From the NCBI GenBank assembly GCA_964405775.1, contig CAYOPG010000003.1, positions 17,592 through 50,093 of the forward strand: a stretch of 32,502 bases of DNA, given 5' to 3'. The notes under the pieces are model-generated. The model did not search any database. It was given only the letters and a program-made list of their open reading frames with translations, and was not told the origin of the DNA. This document shows, piece by piece, positions 9,570 to 18,779 of the stretch. The position numbers and the translations under genes were made by a program. Position 1 is the first letter of the stretch, and each line of letters opens with the position of its first letter. The stretch is from an uncultured Lentisphaerales bacterium. Lineage in GTDB: Bacteria > Verrucomicrobiota > Kiritimatiellia > RFP12 > UBA3636.

Positions 9570-9599
9570 TTGTTGTCGAGTTGTTTTTTTTGTATAATC
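9570..9599 (+). promoter_or_regulatory. Near-consensus sigma70 promoter for the nfeD-flotillin operon: -35 TTGTTG, roughly 17-18-nt spacer, TGTATAAT extended -10
   Basis: Perfect TATAAT at 9594-9599 preceded by TG. GGGAGG Shine-Dalgarno 7 nt before the ATG at 9654. Confidence 0.45.
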
Positions 9600-9653
9600 A
9601 TGTGAGAAGCAGCATTTAGGGATAGTCGTTCATAAAACATTGGGAGGCGGATA

Positions 9654-10220
9654 ATGCTTTCAGATCTTTCTGGGATGGAAATGTTTTTCATGTTTTGCGC
9701 CATTGTCGGTGGCGGAGTCTTCATCCTGCGTTCAGTGATGATTTTCGCGGGACTTGGCGGCGACGACATGGCGCTTGACGCCGATGCTGTCGACGTAGAT
9801 ATCGGCGATGACTCGGCAGCCGATTTCAAGATGGTTTCTGTGCATGGCTTGACTGCGTTTTTCCTTATGTTTGGCCTGGTTGGATTCATGATCCTCAGAA
9901 GCGAAGGCGGGGCTTTGGCGGCGGTGGCACTTGGTGCGCTGGCCGGCCTGCTGACGATGTTGATAATCGCGAAACTTTTCAGCTCTTCGCGAAAATTGCA
10001 GAGCGACGGCACTATTTACCCGGAGGAAACCGTGGGTGCCTCAGGAACAGTTTATCTGGAAATACGCCCCGGGCAGATCGGGAAAGTCCAGATCAACGTT
10101 AAGGGGGCAAGCAAAATATTCGACGCGCGGGCAAACAACGCGACTGCCAAAATATCGACCGGCGACCCCGTGAAAGTAGTGGAAGCCGGAGATCCGTTGA
10201 TAGTGGAAAAAACAAACTGA
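9654..10220 (+). CDS. NfeD-family membrane protein (short form, OB-fold C-terminal domain)
   Basis: Two N-terminal TM helices and a C-terminal beta-rich domain (GTVYLEIRPGQIGKVQINVKG...GDPVKVVEAGDPLIVEK), typical of the NfeD proteins that partner SPFH/flotillin genes. Confidence 0.7.
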   Translation: MLSDLSGMEMFFMFCAIVGGGVFILRSVMIFAGLGGDDMALDADAVDVDIGDDSAADFKMVSVHGLTAFFLMFGLVGFMILRSEGGALAAVALGALAGLLTMLIIAKLFSSSRKLQSDGTIYPEETVGASGTVYLEIRPGQIGKVQINVKGASKIFDARANNATAKISTGDPVKVVEAGDPLIVEKTN

Positions 10221-10241
10221 AAAACAAACCCAATAGGTGAT

Positions 10242-11825
10242 ATGAATACAACAATGTTTATAGTTGCGGATGGAGCCCAGACTCTTCTGAGCTTCGCAGT
10301 TGCTTTAGTGGCGATAATTTTCGTGACGGTTATTGCGATCGCACGGCTTTATAAGCGTTGCCCTTCGGATCGCATTCTCGTCATATACGGCAAGGTCACC
10401 GGCAACAGGTCTTCGCACTGTATACACGGGGGCGGTGCGTTCATCGTCCCGCTGATACAGGACTATGCGTACTTGAGTCTCACTCCTATGACGATAAGCA
10501 TACCTCTCCAAGGCGCGCTATCGTTTCAGAATATCCGCATCAACGTTCCAAGCACTTTCACTGTTGGTATAAGCACAGATCCCTCCATAATGGTCAATGC
10601 CGCGGAACGTTTGCTCGGCCTCAAGCCGCCCGCCATCGAGGACATGGCCAAGGAGATAATCTTCGGCCAGCTGCGTTTGACGGTCGCGTCGCTCACAATC
10701 GAGCAAATCAACCAAGACCGCGAGAGCTTCCTTATCGAAATCCGTAAGAACGTGGAGCCGGAGCTGAATAAAATCGGCCTCAACCTGATAAACGTCAACA
10801 TCACCGATATCACGGACGAGTCGAACTATATCGAAAGCATCGGCAAGAAGGCTGCTGCGGAGGCCATCAACAAGGCCAAAGTCGATGTCGCCCACCAGAC
10901 CAAACTAGGCAATATCGGCGAAGCGGAAAACGCCAAGGAGATGACAGTCCGAGTGGCGGAAAACGTCGCCGAAGCCGAGAAGGGCAAGAAGCAGGCGGAG
11001 GCTGGCCAGCGCGTCTACGTGGCAGATCAGGAAACTTCAGCGATGGTTGGCGAATCCGAGGCCACAAAACTCCGCGAAATTCGCCTAATGGAGAACTATG
11101 CCGCTGCGGAAAAAGGCAAGATGCACGCTATCGCAGACCAACGCATCTACATAGCGGAACAGGAATCGACGGCTGTCGAGGGCGAAAACACAGCAAAGGC
11201 CCAAATCGCGGATTCCAACGCTAAACTGTCAGTACGTCAAGCGGAGGCTCAGCGCCTTGCGGAGGTTGCGAAACGGCAGGCGGAGGTGGACATTCAGAAG
11301 GCGCAGTACAGGGCGGAATTCGAACGTCTGAACGCCTCGGAAGTGGCTCAGAAGGAAATCGACAAGCAGAAGATGATCATCGATGCAGAAGCCGAGGCAG
11401 AGCGCATCCGCAAGATAGCAAAGGGCGAAGCTGACAGCGTGCTCATCAAATACCAGGCAGAAGCGCAGGGTATTCAGACGTTGCTCATGAGCAAGGCTGA
11501 GGGCTACCGCAAGTTAATCGAGAGTGCGGATGGCGACTCCAATGCCGCCGCGACAATGCTGATGATCGAGAAGCTGGAACAAATTGTCGCCCGTCAGACG
11601 GAGGCAATAAGCAACCTCAAGATAGACAAGGTGACTGTTTGGGATTCCGGCAACGGCGATTCCGGCAAGGGGTCTTCAACCGCGAATTTTCTGTCTAGTC
11701 TGATGAAATCGCTTCCGCCCGTTCAGGACGTCGCCGCGATGGCCGGGGTAGAGCTTCCATCGTACCTTGGCAAAATCAAAGAAGAGAACAGAACGGCGGA
11801 TGCCGAAGAGACAAAGGTTGAATAG
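10242..11825 (+). CDS. Flotillin-like SPFH/band-7 protein
   Basis: N-terminal TM segment, SPFH domain (IRINVPSTFTVGISTDPSIMVNAAERLLG...QLRLTVASLTIEQINQDRESF), and a long C-terminal Ala/Glu-rich coiled-coil with duplicated AEKGK...QR.Y.A.QE repeats. Confidence 0.85.
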   Translation: MNTTMFIVADGAQTLLSFAVALVAIIFVTVIAIARLYKRCPSDRILVIYGKVTGNRSSHCIHGGGAFIVPLIQDYAYLSLTPMTISIPLQGALSFQNIRINVPSTFTVGISTDPSIMVNAAERLLGLKPPAIEDMAKEIIFGQLRLTVASLTIEQINQDRESFLIEIRKNVEPELNKIGLNLINVNITDITDESNYIESIGKKAAAEAINKAKVDVAHQTKLGNIGEAENAKEMTVRVAENVAEAEKGKKQAEAGQRVYVADQETSAMVGESEATKLREIRLMENYAAAEKGKMHAIADQRIYIAEQESTAVEGENTAKAQIADSNAKLSVRQAEAQRLAEVAKRQAEVDIQKAQYRAEFERLNASEVAQKEIDKQKMIIDAEAEAERIRKIAKGEADSVLIKYQAEAQGIQTLLMSKAEGYRKLIESADGDSNAAATMLMIEKLEQIVARQTEAISNLKIDKVTVWDSGNGDSGKGSSTANFLSSLMKSLPPVQDVAAMAGVELPSYLGKIKEENRTADAEETKVE

Positions 11826-11852
11826 GCAAAATCAGGAGGCTTGACGACTCAG

Positions 11853-11880
11853 CCCTTTCGCGGGGAATTCTGCGAAAGGG
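11853..11880. other. Perfect 9-bp stem / 10-nt loop hairpin (ccctttcgc-ggggaattct-gcgaaaggg) between convergent flotillin and GH5 genes
   Basis: Read from the sequence. No adjacent U-tract. Possible Rho-independent-like stabiliser or terminator for the convergent transcripts. Confidence 0.3.
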
Positions 11881-11952
11881 AACTGTTGGTAACCCGTCAG
11901 AACCGAGTCTTCGGACGTATTTTCGTCGTTGTATAAAAGACTTTGCGGATGA

Positions 11953-12969
11953 TCAGCTGCCTTGAAGGAGCTTGAGGAATTCCGCGTCGAGCAAATGGCC
12001 ATGCCAGTTTTCGTAGGCGACGTCTGAGCGTCCTGAGTCGATAATCCCCATTGAACCGCGGAAGTTCCAAAGAGCCCAGCCGATTTCTGCACCCCTCAGT
12101 ATGTCCATAATGTCTGCCCACCAGCGCAGAACAACGTCGTGCGGAGTCTTGTTGAACGCACCGCCTTCGCCGCAATGCACGCCGACGCCACTTCTTGCAA
12201 GCTCAATCCATGGCTTATAATACTCTTCTAACTCGTCGCGTCCCCATGGTTTGTTTTCACGGACCGAATGTACCGAACCGGGCCACTGGGGTACTCCCAG
12301 CTTCGATTGCGGCATCCACTCCTCGGTCCAACTCGCTCCGTAATGCGAAAGCCCCATCGGGGCATACGCGCGACAGCTCTGGCCGACTCCCAGATCTGCG
12401 AGCTCGGGGCAAGGGGTGCTTGCCACGTTAACGCCGTCTGCTATTACAAGCCGGTTGGGATCGACTGAGCGGATCACAGCCGTCGCGTGGCGCACTACTC
12501 GCCCGTAGTCGGCGCGTGTCATATACTCTGGTTTTATATGCGGTGGCTCGTTAACCAGATCGAAGCTTAGCTTTGACCCATCGATGCCGCTGTACCGCCT
12601 TGAGAAAAACTCCCAATGCAGACAAAAGACATCCTCGGCATCTTTGTCTTTCCACAGGTTGAATGGCTCTGCGGGCGTGGGGGCGATGCAGTAGCCAGGT
12701 GCGCGATGGAAGTTTATATCGATGTGCAATCCGTACTTGCCGCCTAACTCAACAGCGCGGTCGATCTTCGCAATCATTTCTTCCCGTGGGCGAGTCCAGT
12801 CGTCAGGCTCAGTCCAGGCGAGATATGAGAGGGGGAGCCGAACAAAGTCAAATCCCCAGTCGGAAATCCAGCGGAAATCGTCCTCCCGGAAGTCTCCGTT
12901 GCTTTTTTCTGTGAACATTTCCAGAAGGTTGAATCCGCGCCATCTGGGAAGGTTGTTTTTATTTTTCAT
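11953..12969 (-). CDS. Glycoside hydrolase family 5 (cellulase/mannanase-like)
   Basis: RGFNL...DFVRLP N-terminal block. NEP acid/base motif (FDLVNEPP). Nucleophile region VHCGEGGA. No signal peptide. Confidence 0.7.
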   Translation of the reverse strand: MKNKNNLPRWRGFNLLEMFTEKSNGDFREDDFRWISDWGFDFVRLPLSYLAWTEPDDWTRPREEMIAKIDRAVELGGKYGLHIDINFHRAPGYCIAPTPAEPFNLWKDKDAEDVFCLHWEFFSRRYSGIDGSKLSFDLVNEPPHIKPEYMTRADYGRVVRHATAVIRSVDPNRLVIADGVNVASTPCPELADLGVGQSCRAYAPMGLSHYGASWTEEWMPQSKLGVPQWPGSVHSVRENKPWGRDELEEYYKPWIELARSGVGVHCGEGGAFNKTPHDVVLRWWADIMDILRGAEIGWALWNFRGSMGIIDSGRSDVAYENWHGHLLDAEFLKLLQGS

Positions 12970-12979
12970 CGAATTGTTT

Positions 12980-15151
12980 TCACGGGTCTATTTTAAGGAA
13001 CCGACAAGAGTTGGCTTCGATCTGAAGCTCTATTCCGGATTCGAACAAACGGACACGGTCTTCAGTCCACGATTCGGCAGTGCTAAGATCGGCAATTCTG
13101 TATTGCGCCGCATCGCGAACAAGCAGAACATTCGCGCAAAGCTTGACATTTGTCACCACGCTTTTGTCAGAGAGGTTTGCCAAAAGCAGCACCATGCCGT
13201 CTTCTCTGTCGTACGCCGCGCACTTGACTGAGCATTCGCTTAACGCCGCTGATTTGTATCGCCAATCAAGGAAGCGGCATCCTTCTATGTCCAGTTCCTT
13301 TAGAGGGGAGAACATTGCAATGTCCAGCGCGCTTGCACGCCATGGTGCCACACCCGTCAGCAGACACTGAAGGTTGCGTTTGCGGTAAATATTAACCGGT
13401 GCTTTTTTATCAATGCAACCGCCGGTTATGACGCCACGTGAACGAGATCCTACGAAGTTCCATTCGAAGGGAAGCTCTCGGAGTTTCGGAACACCATCCG
13501 ACAGGAGTCCGCTGCCCCACTCCATGCCAAGGACGTAGCTTGCAAAGTTCTCCGTTGCCATGCACGGGCTCATCGTGTTGTGGATTATGGCGAGACCGTC
13601 AGGCCCAACGAATTCGCGCGTCCACTCCATGAGTTCGATAAGCTCGTCGATGTCCCAATGCGCTACAGGCGAGTCCTTCAAGTCTGCAAAGAGCCCGCCC
13701 TTGTCATCGAAATACCCATCGGGGCACTTGCGGTCCGAATGAGTCGGGTTGTTGCAGAAGATCGCCTGATTCCAGTCGTAGTAGACGCCGTCAATTTTAT
13801 GGTTGGCGGAAACTCTCTCCACAGATTTCTTGAACGAATCCGACCAGCCCGAGCGCAGGCACATCTGAGCCCCGTATTCATCTCCTTCATAAAGGTTGTG
13901 CACTTGAGTTTTGCCATCTGGCAGGCGTGCCCATTCCTCGCCGCGATCTTTGTAGATATCGGTTGTCGGGTGAAGCTCTTTGTTCGAGAAGTAGGTAGTC
14001 GCGCGGATGCCGTTTTCGCGGCAAGTTCTCAGGACTCGGTCAAACTCGGCCATGTCCTGAGGATCAAACGGCGGGTACGAGCCGTCGCGCCAAAAGAGAC
14101 CGTCGTGGAATGTGTCGCCATCGTGGTGGAAGTGGGCGGTTTTTACGCCGTTGGCAGCCCATTTCTTTATTGCCTCATCCTTAGGCCAGTTGTTGCGATT
14201 AAACGACTCGTGAATGAATGGCTTCGCAGCGCGTCCCGATATTATCGGGATCCCGATGCGATAGTCTAACGTGAGCTTTCCCTTGAAAACCGCCTTTTTT
14301 TTCTGCAAATCTTCTCGGGGCATTTTTATTGCGCAGACTTGCATCTCAACTGCTTTGCGCGGTTGAATGGCGGAACCGATGCTGAGCCATCCGTGACCGG
14401 TTTCGCCGCAGACACCGTATGTCCACTGTGCAAGATCCGACGACATGAACCACTCAATTCCTTCCCGTCCAGGATTGCCAAAAACGACATGACGTGGCGC
14501 ATTGCAGTCCCAATATGGGTAGTCGTTCGCGCGACCCGGATCAAGGTGCCCCCATTTGGATTCGCCGCAATGGGTTGGATCGCACGCCGGAGTCCCGTTG
14601 CGCACTCCGAAGTGCGATATGTCTGGGCGCAGTTTCCACTGATGAGCCATGATTTGAGCCACGGCGAAACCGGTGTCAGGGAATAAGAACTGGCGCTTTA
14701 CGCGTATGTATCCCCATCTGTATTCGTAAACCGTGCGGATTTTAACTCCGGGATTCGGAGCCTCCTCGGTTGCAGGGCGAAGTTCGGATATCATCACAAG
14801 AGTGGCGTATTTGCCTTCGCGTAATATCTCGCACTCCGTTGCCGGGGCGTTAACATCGCTAAGCGTCGTCTTCCAATCGGACGTCGTAACGGAACATGAT
14901 ATTGGCTCCGTGAGCATATTTTGGCCAGTCCCACGCAACAGAACGATTGCCGAGATCGCACCGCCTTTGGCAAGGTCGTGTGTAACTTCGTAGAATCTCG
15001 TTTTGAGTCGTACTATGCGCGCAGAGTCATCGCGTTCGACTTCGTAATTTTCAGGAAAGGTTCCGTCAACCGGCAAAGGTGGCAGAGTGGGGACTCTGTC
15101 AAACATGTTTTTCCCAGCATCCTTGCAACATCCGCTATTATTCACGCTCAT
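12980..15151 (-). CDS. Large uncharacterised protein (724 aa from the internal start), putative glycoside-hydrolase-like
   Basis: Continuous 756-codon ORF. The first 33 codons overlap the GH42 3' end, so the start was placed at the internal Met (MSVNNSG, ATG 15151-15149). Trp/Asp/His-rich middle region (VYYDWNQAIFCNNPTHS, LAIIHNTMSP) and a C-terminal beta-rich segment suggest a (beta/alpha)8 hydrolase plus beta-sandwich architecture, but no defined family motif was recognised. Confidence 0.45.
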   Translation of the reverse strand: MSVNNSGCCKDAGKNMFDRVPTLPPLPVDGTFPENYEVERDDSARIVRLKTRFYEVTHDLAKGGAISAIVLLRGTGQNMLTEPISCSVTTSDWKTTLSDVNAPATECEILREGKYATLVMISELRPATEEAPNPGVKIRTVYEYRWGYIRVKRQFLFPDTGFAVAQIMAHQWKLRPDISHFGVRNGTPACDPTHCGESKWGHLDPGRANDYPYWDCNAPRHVVFGNPGREGIEWFMSSDLAQWTYGVCGETGHGWLSIGSAIQPRKAVEMQVCAIKMPREDLQKKKAVFKGKLTLDYRIGIPIISGRAAKPFIHESFNRNNWPKDEAIKKWAANGVKTAHFHHDGDTFHDGLFWRDGSYPPFDPQDMAEFDRVLRTCRENGIRATTYFSNKELHPTTDIYKDRGEEWARLPDGKTQVHNLYEGDEYGAQMCLRSGWSDSFKKSVERVSANHKIDGVYYDWNQAIFCNNPTHSDRKCPDGYFDDKGGLFADLKDSPVAHWDIDELIELMEWTREFVGPDGLAIIHNTMSPCMATENFASYVLGMEWGSGLLSDGVPKLRELPFEWNFVGSRSRGVITGGCIDKKAPVNIYRKRNLQCLLTGVAPWRASALDIAMFSPLKELDIEGCRFLDWRYKSAALSECSVKCAAYDREDGMVLLLANLSDKSVVTNVKLCANVLLVRDAAQYRIADLSTAESWTEDRVRLFESGIELQIEANSCRFLKIDP

Positions 15152-15170
15152 TGTAGCTTCTTCTTGTTGG

Positions 15171-17333
15171 TTATACCTTTTTAGTTTCCGAGATCCATTC
15201 GAAGACCCTGTGCGCCGGGTCAGGGATCGAGATTTCAAAGGAGCCGTCATCTTTCCGTTTAACTGTTTTGCCCGAAGTCCATTCCTTTACTTCTCCGTTG
15301 CCGGCATCGGCAGGCCGAACGGTGACCTTCTTTTCGCTTCCGGCGTTAAACACGAAGAACAGGCGTTTCTTTCCGCTCAAACCAGTACGTACGGCGAGGC
15401 CGTCCAGACTCGTTTCCGAATCTACTTTCCACTCGGGAATCGCTCCGGCGTTTTCCGCAAGAGTCCAGAGCAGTTTCTCAAAACCGGAGTAGGCTTCAGC
15501 GTTGTAGCTGTTTGCGGGGAAAGACCCGGACATCACGAACCTGCCCTTTCCGACTTTAAGGTCAATGAGCATTGCGTCGCCCTCCGCATCCCTTGCTATT
15601 ACACGGGCTCCATCCGGCGCCGCGATCCCGATGCTCCACAATCCGCTGCCTCCGAGGCTGATTGCAGGGCTTCCAGACCAAGATCCCGCTGGTATATCGC
15701 AAGACGCTTCAATATGCACTCCGCGGCGGCGTGTCTGCCCTATGCCGAGCTTGCCAAGTAGCGCACGTCTTTCCGGTCGGTCAACCATGAACCCGTTTTC
15801 CAAAAACAGGCCTGTCCCGGCTTCGCTGAAAACCCACCCACCTCGTTTCATGAAGTCCAATAGCGCATCCGCAGCGTCTTCCTTCAGACAAAGCGCCGCG
15901 GGGAGAAGTATCAGCTTAATATCATCAGGTATCGAGAGGCGTCTGCCGTCAAGCACATCGAACGGCAGGCGCTGGCGCTCAAGCGCGGAAAGACATCCGT
16001 TAAGACTGTGCGTCACGGCGTATGTGTTGTGCTCGCGCGTGGCGAGTGCGATCATTGCGCTGTCGGAATCGAACACGACTCCAATGTTCGCCGCGTCAGG
16101 CACATATTTATCTATCGCTTGCGAGTGTGCTTCGAGCAACTTGCGCGTTGCCCGTATGCCTTTCTTGCGCTCCTCTGCGAGGCCGTCCTGACCATCGATC
16201 CCGTAGCCCCCGGACTCCACGCCCCAGCTCTCATCGCGCCAGGACCAGTACAACACCGTCTTCGCTCCGCGACCGATCGCCTGCCATGTCCAATACTGCT
16301 GCTGTGCGGCGTTGACGGCGTGTCCGTATCTGAACCCCTGATTGAAGGCACCGCCTTGCATTTCGCTTTCCCACATTGGTTTTGGACGGGCAACCGAACG
16401 CGTCACCTCTAGCCATATCCCAAGTAGAGCGTTGTCGAATCCAGCCCATGCGGGAAACGCACTCGTGCCGAAAGCATCCATTTCCGGGGCAGTGTCGAAA
16501 TCGTTTCCGCGAGAGAACGGGATTTCCTCGCCATAGCTGCGGTTGGCTGTGACAGGGCCGCCGGTGTGGGCTGCAACGACGTGGTTCTGATCGCCTTCGC
16601 GCAACGCATCGCGACGCCAAATACCCATTTCATGCGAACGATGCGCCATGAATCGGAACCAGTCCAACACGGAGGGGATCAGACAGCTACGGCTTCTGGC
16701 GGGCATCACGTCCTCCCAATTTGTGAGTCGTTGCCCCCAAGCCTCGCTGAGAGCTTCGAGTGAACCGTAACGGGCGCGCAGCCAGATATGGAAAGCGTTG
16801 ATGGTTGCTGGGCAATAGCATACCCAGCGGTCGCTGCAACATGCCCAGCGTGTCTCGTTCCAGCAATCCCAGGCGGCAAGCGCCGGCGCCACAGAATAGC
16901 GCCTTGCGAGTTCGCGCATAAATCTTTTTGACAGAGCGAGGATTTCCGGATGGTCAGTGCACTGCCCGGGAGTGAGTCCCGGCAGACATTCCTCGCGTGG
17001 AGTGCCGCGCACAGGTTGGCCGAACTCATCGAGCATGCGCGTGTGAGGGTATGCCCTGGGTAGCCAGAAGGGCTGCAAGTCAGTGATTGTGCTTATGACA
17101 ACCTTCATGCCGTTTTTGTCCGCCAGATCTACGATCCTGTCGTAATCATCGTATTCGAACTTCCCTTCGGCTGGTTCAATCCACCCCTATACCGCCCAGA
17201 GCTGCACGGTGTTGAGTCCGGCAGCCTTCATTCGTTTAACATCATCCGCCCAATTCTCGGCTCGTGGTGTCGGGGGTCTGTAATACTGCGCTCCAAACAG
17301 GAAGGGGAGCTCTTTGCCATTCTTTGATTTCAT
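15171..17333 (-). pseudogene. GH42 beta-galactosidase interrupted by one in-frame TAG (codon 49); the intact downstream ORF is 15171..17108
   Basis: Translation from ATG 17333 gives MKSKNGKELPFLFGAQYYRPPTPRAENWADDVKRMKAAGLNTVQLWAV*GWIEPAEGKFEYDDYDRIVDLADKNGMKVVISTI.... The stop is TAG at 17189-17187 on the minus strand, and the segment before it is clearly the GH42 N-terminal barrel. The remainder carries the GH42 AWDCWNE and trimerisation-domain blocks. Confidence 0.75.
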
Positions 17334-17365
17334 TATTGAAAACCCCGTGTTGTTGTACTCGGTAC

Positions 17366-17394
17366 ATTATATCCCTGCGCGGGTCAATAAGCAA
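17366..17394 (-). promoter_or_regulatory. Sigma70-like promoter upstream of the GH42 gene (minus strand: TTGCTT-N17-TATAAT)
   Basis: Minus-strand sequence ttgcttattgacccgcgcagggatataat read from revcomp of 17366-17394. About 35 nt upstream of ATG 17333. Confidence 0.3.
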
Positions 17395-17415
17395 CAGGGC
17401 GAGGTTCCTTTCTAT

Positions 17416-18186
17416 CTAATAGCTTTTTTGTCCCTCGGGAACAGTATAAACTATATGCGCAGATGTGTCGGGTTCTCCATTGAGACGCATAGCTGCACGT
17501 TCGACAGCAGCTGCGTCCTCGGGCAAAAGCGAGTTTGGTTCGAGCATAGCTGCCTCAGCATGGCCATTTCTGTCGAACACCACGACTACTCCGACCGATT
17601 TACCGAGCGCGGATTTCAAATACCCCGGTTCGAAAGCCGGCGATTCCCGAACTTTTCCGGTGACCCGCAAAATGCCACGTGCAACCCGCTCCACCGGATT
17701 GGTGGTTGCCGGAATATCCACAACTGCACCCCGCTCCAAACGGGCATAAGGCGCTGGAGGCATTTCGATGCGTCCAATGATCGAATATCCTGGCCAGACC
17801 GGCGAGGAATCAGGAACGTAAAACATGGCCTCATTCCATTCATCCTCCGGTGTTGGGGGCAGCAATGGTTCGGCACCGTCTGCCGCAAAGCCATGCTCGG
17901 CGGCTTCGCGTATTTCAGAGAGCGCGTCGTTGCCGCCGAAAGCAAATATTTCTGGTGCAAAAACGAGAGCCTCGTAGTCTACCCCTGGTGAACTCACGGC
18001 GATCATCCCGTCTAGTTCAAGAGTGGATGAAACGTACTCCGCCTCCTCAAATGAAGGGAACAAGAACCAGCCAGACAAGCATAGCACCACTGCTACAACG
18101 TCGAGGTGCAGCGGATGCAGCCGCTTGTATCTGTAGCGGTACGGCCCCGGTCTGCGCCGAGCTTTGGTTCGAGCGGCATTCATCAT
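17416..18186 (-). CDS. TonB/TolA-like energy-transducer protein
   Basis: Basic N-terminus with a single TM helix (VVAVVLCLSGWFLF), a Pro-containing spacer (LLPPTPEDEW), and a C-terminal ~90-aa domain with a TonB_C-like pattern (VGVVVVFDRNGHAEAAMLEPNSLLPEDAAAVERAAMR). ATGA overlap with the ExbD stop. Confidence 0.5.
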   Translation of the reverse strand: MMNAARTKARRRPGPYRYRYKRLHPLHLDVVAVVLCLSGWFLFPSFEEAEYVSSTLELDGMIAVSSPGVDYEALVFAPEIFAFGGNDALSEIREAAEHGFAADGAEPLLPPTPEDEWNEAMFYVPDSSPVWPGYSIIGRIEMPPAPYARLERGAVVDIPATTNPVERVARGILRVTGKVRESPAFEPGYLKSALGKSVGVVVVFDRNGHAEAAMLEPNSLLPEDAAAVERAAMRLNGEPDTSAHIVYTVPEGQKSY

Positions 18187-18779
18187 TCAAGAGGCGGTTT
18201 AACCACAAAGCAGACACGTTCTACGCCCGCGTCTCGCAGCATTGCCGTGAGCCGCATTGTGTCCCTATGCGCAACGGTTTTGTCGATATACAGCAACGCA
18301 TCGGTTTCCTCAAGCCGCCGTACTTCGGCGGCTATGCTGTTACGGAACGAGGCTATATTGTGCGGTTGTGAGAGATTGAAGCGACTGTCGCGGAAAAACA
18401 AAATCAGGTCCATAGGAGTTTCGACGGCGCCGTCGTCGGCCGCCATCTCTCCGTATTTCGTGGCAACTGCTTCCTCCGACCGGGGAATCGGACGCACAAC
18501 GATAGCTAGTGAAGAACGCATGCCGCCATTCGCGCGTTCTTCCGGCAGTCCCACATCTACCGTCATTCCAGGCACCACGGCGTTGCTCTGCGAAAACATC
18601 ACAAACGCCGCAGCCAGCAACAACACGTTGACCCACGGCACCACCGCAAAAAACACAGACTGTATCCTGCACGGGGGGCGGTATCTAATCCTAAGACCTT
18701 CTTTAGAATAATCGCCAAACCAAGTTTCCACAGAAACCCCATGGACCGCTGTTTCACAGCGTTTCTCACCCCTGTTCAT
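18183..18779 (-). CDS. exbD: Biopolymer transport protein ExbD/TolR
   Basis: TM segment VFFAVVPWVNVLLLAAAFVMF followed by the periplasmic ExbD fold (LILFFRD...LYIDKTV...AMLRDAGVERVCFVV). Start approximate: the track's start at 18836 overlaps exbB by 70 nt, and the internal Met at 18779 is more likely. Confidence 0.65.
   Translation of the reverse strand: MNRGEKRCETAVHGVSVETWFGDYSKEGLRIRYRPPCRIQSVFFAVVPWVNVLLLAAAFVMFSQSNAVVPGMTVDVGLPEERANGGMRSSLAIVVRPIPRSEEAVATKYGEMAADDGAVETPMDLILFFRDSRFNLSQPHNIASFRNSIAAEVRRLEETDALLYIDKTVAHRDTMRLTAMLRDAGVERVCFVVKPPLE

Noticed and set aside
10900-11350. Repetitive DNA in the flotillin gene, and the ~90-nt direct repeat at 6-27 / 98-118, considered as possible CRISPR or tandem-repeat elements
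   Set aside because: Both are in-frame coding repeats (coiled-coil EA-type repeats and EEMRKQRG protein repeats) with diverged, non-uniform units and no spacer/repeat regularity. No cas genes are present.
13580-14269. 229-aa plus-strand ORF, along with many other 60-200-aa ORFs antisense to the long minus-strand genes (e.g. 10526-10895, 6940-7440, 15565-16191, 16008-16412, 20064-20474)
   Set aside because: All lie entirely within and antisense to well-supported CDSs. Their products are Arg/Ser/Pro-rich with no motifs, which is typical of spurious ORFs in ~57% GC sequence.
15152-15250. First 33 codons of the 756-aa ORF (MTAPLKSRSLTRRTGSSNGSRKLKRYNQQEEAT)
   Set aside because: This stretch overlaps the 3' end of the GH42 gene by 80 nt and is basic, low-complexity sequence. 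The internal Met at 15151 gives a more plausible start. Uncertainty remains.
17187-17189. TAG in GH42 read as pyrrolysine or as programmed readthrough
   Set aside because: No pyl gene cassette or other signal is visible in the window. A single amber codon in a conserved position is explained far more simply by a point mutation or base-call error.
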